Assembly: GCA_964415855.1 (NCBI GenBank)
Contig: CAYQBZ010000003.1
Coordinates: 1-25,493, forward strand
Origin: an uncultured Rikenellaceae bacterium
GTDB taxonomy: Bacteria; Bacteroidota; Bacteroidia; Bacteroidales; VadinHA17
Length of the DNA stretch: 25,493 bases
Direction: 5' to 3'
Shown here: positions 24,620 to 25,493 of the stretch, in pieces
Position numbering within the stretch: the stretch's first letter is position 1
Layout of the letters: each line of letters begins with the position of its first letter
Position numbers and translations under genes: made by a program
The notes under the pieces: generated by a model
The model's input: only the letters and a program-made list of their open reading frames with translations
What the model was told of the DNA's origin: nothing
Databases searched by the model: none

Positions 24620-25405
24620 ATGATCCACAGAACCGATTATCACATACATTCCAGATTCAGCGACGGAAGATCAGATCCGGAAGATTATTTACCGCAGGCT
24701 ATTGCTGCAGGTTTGAGCGAAATAGGGTTTTCAGATCATCTTACCCTTTTCAAAGACCCTCAGGACTGGAATATGAATCCTGAGAATGTTACCACATATA
24801 TCCATAACATAGAAACACTCAGGAATGTTGCGGCGAAGATCAAGATTAAGACAGGCCTCGAGGTCGACTATTTTGAAGGTAAAGAAGATGAAATCCGGTC
24901 CTATCTTTCTCCTCTTCCTCTTGATTATGTAATTGGATCGGTCCATTATCTTGGTGAAAAAACTGTGGATGCAGGACCGGAATTCTATGAGGGAAAAAGC
25001 TTCGACGGATTATTCGAAACCTATTTCAATTCTGTTGCAAGAGCAGCAGAATCCGGTCTTTTCAATATTATAGGTCACTGCGACCTTATCAGGATCTATG
25101 GATTCAGACCATCTTTTGATCCGGAACCACTTTACAGGATGCTCGCAAGGACGATGAAAAGACATGATGTTGCTTTTGAATTAAACACAAACGGGAAGAA
25201 CCGGCCATTAGCAGATTTTTATCCCGATCCCGTATTTCTTCACATTTTCAGGGAAGAGGATGTACCTGTCTGTGTAAACTCAGATGCTCATATGCCCGCA
25301 CGGGTCGGACAGCATTTTGATGAGGCCTACGAACTGCTCAGGATCACAGGATACACTGAGATGGCTGTTTTTGACAGGAGGGTGAGAAGTATGATCTCCA
25401 TGTGA
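24620..25405 (+). CDS. PHP-family histidinol-phosphatase (HisJ/HisK type)
   Basis: DYHIHSRFSDG, FSDH, GLEVDY, IGSVH, GHCDLI, ELNT and NSDAH metal-binding motifs. Confidence 0.88.
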   Translation: MIHRTDYHIHSRFSDGRSDPEDYLPQAIAAGLSEIGFSDHLTLFKDPQDWNMNPENVTTYIHNIETLRNVAAKIKIKTGLEVDYFEGKEDEIRSYLSPLPLDYVIGSVHYLGEKTVDAGPEFYEGKSFDGLFETYFNSVARAAESGLFNIIGHCDLIRIYGFRPSFDPEPLYRMLARTMKRHDVAFELNTNGKNRPLADFYPDPVFLHIFREEDVPVCVNSDAHMPARVGQHFDEAYELLRITGYTEMAVFDRRVRSMISM

Positions 25406-25410
25406 TATCA

Positions 25411-25461
25411 TAAAGATCCTCTTAAATTATTACCCGAGAATATTTTCAAGGAAGATCTTTA
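25411..25461 (+). terminator. Imperfect long hairpin downstream of the PHP gene
   Basis: TAAAGATC (25411-25418) pairs with GATCTTTA (25454-25461) and the inner arms pair loosely. There is no clean U-tract. Confidence 0.35.
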
Positions 25462-25493
25462 ATCCGATCCCGATTAATATCAGACCTCCGATA

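Noticed and set aside
856-24946. Many 60-250 aa ORFs antisense to or nested in the main genes (e.g. 14682-15425, 19638-20294, 24059-24592, 3899-4399, 20731-20925)
   Set aside because: They have no recognisable motifs and are mostly shadows of long, motif-rich genes on the opposite strand or in another frame. 20731-20925 starts inside the MITE-like element's right TIR and overlaps the TIGR01777 start.

Overview
A 25.5 kb chromosomal window with the gene repertoire, TAnnTTTG-type promoters and AT-rich, SD-less leaders typical of Bacteroidota, probably an anaerobic Bacteroidales-like organism (taxonomy inferred, not searched). From left to right it holds: a minus-strand block of two Ser-type sulfatases (one cut by the window edge and missed by the ORF track) around a Tat-exported Gfo/Idh/MocA oxidoreductase; an ECF sigma factor / membrane anti-sigma / outer-membrane beta-barrel trio with two matching ECF-type promoters; an atypical Cys-poor MoeB/ThiF-family gene bracketed by REP-like palindromes; pepE; an AsmA-like protein; an orphan histidine kinase; a U32 (TrhP-like) hydroxylase convergent on mnmH; a hybrid sensor kinase whose H, N, G1 and G2 boxes are all degenerate (His->Tyr, as in DivL); rsgA; two tandem PPi-type phosphofructokinases; a 134 bp MITE/REPIN-like element; a TIGR01777 epimerase; an M14 carboxypeptidase; a Cys-rich Crp/Fnr regulator; and a PHP histidinol-phosphatase. 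I found no rRNA, tRNA, CRISPR array, transposase or phage gene. The best candidate for an undescribed system is the membrane pseudo-histidine-kinase with an intact terminal receiver. All calls come from reading motifs by eye; no searches were run.
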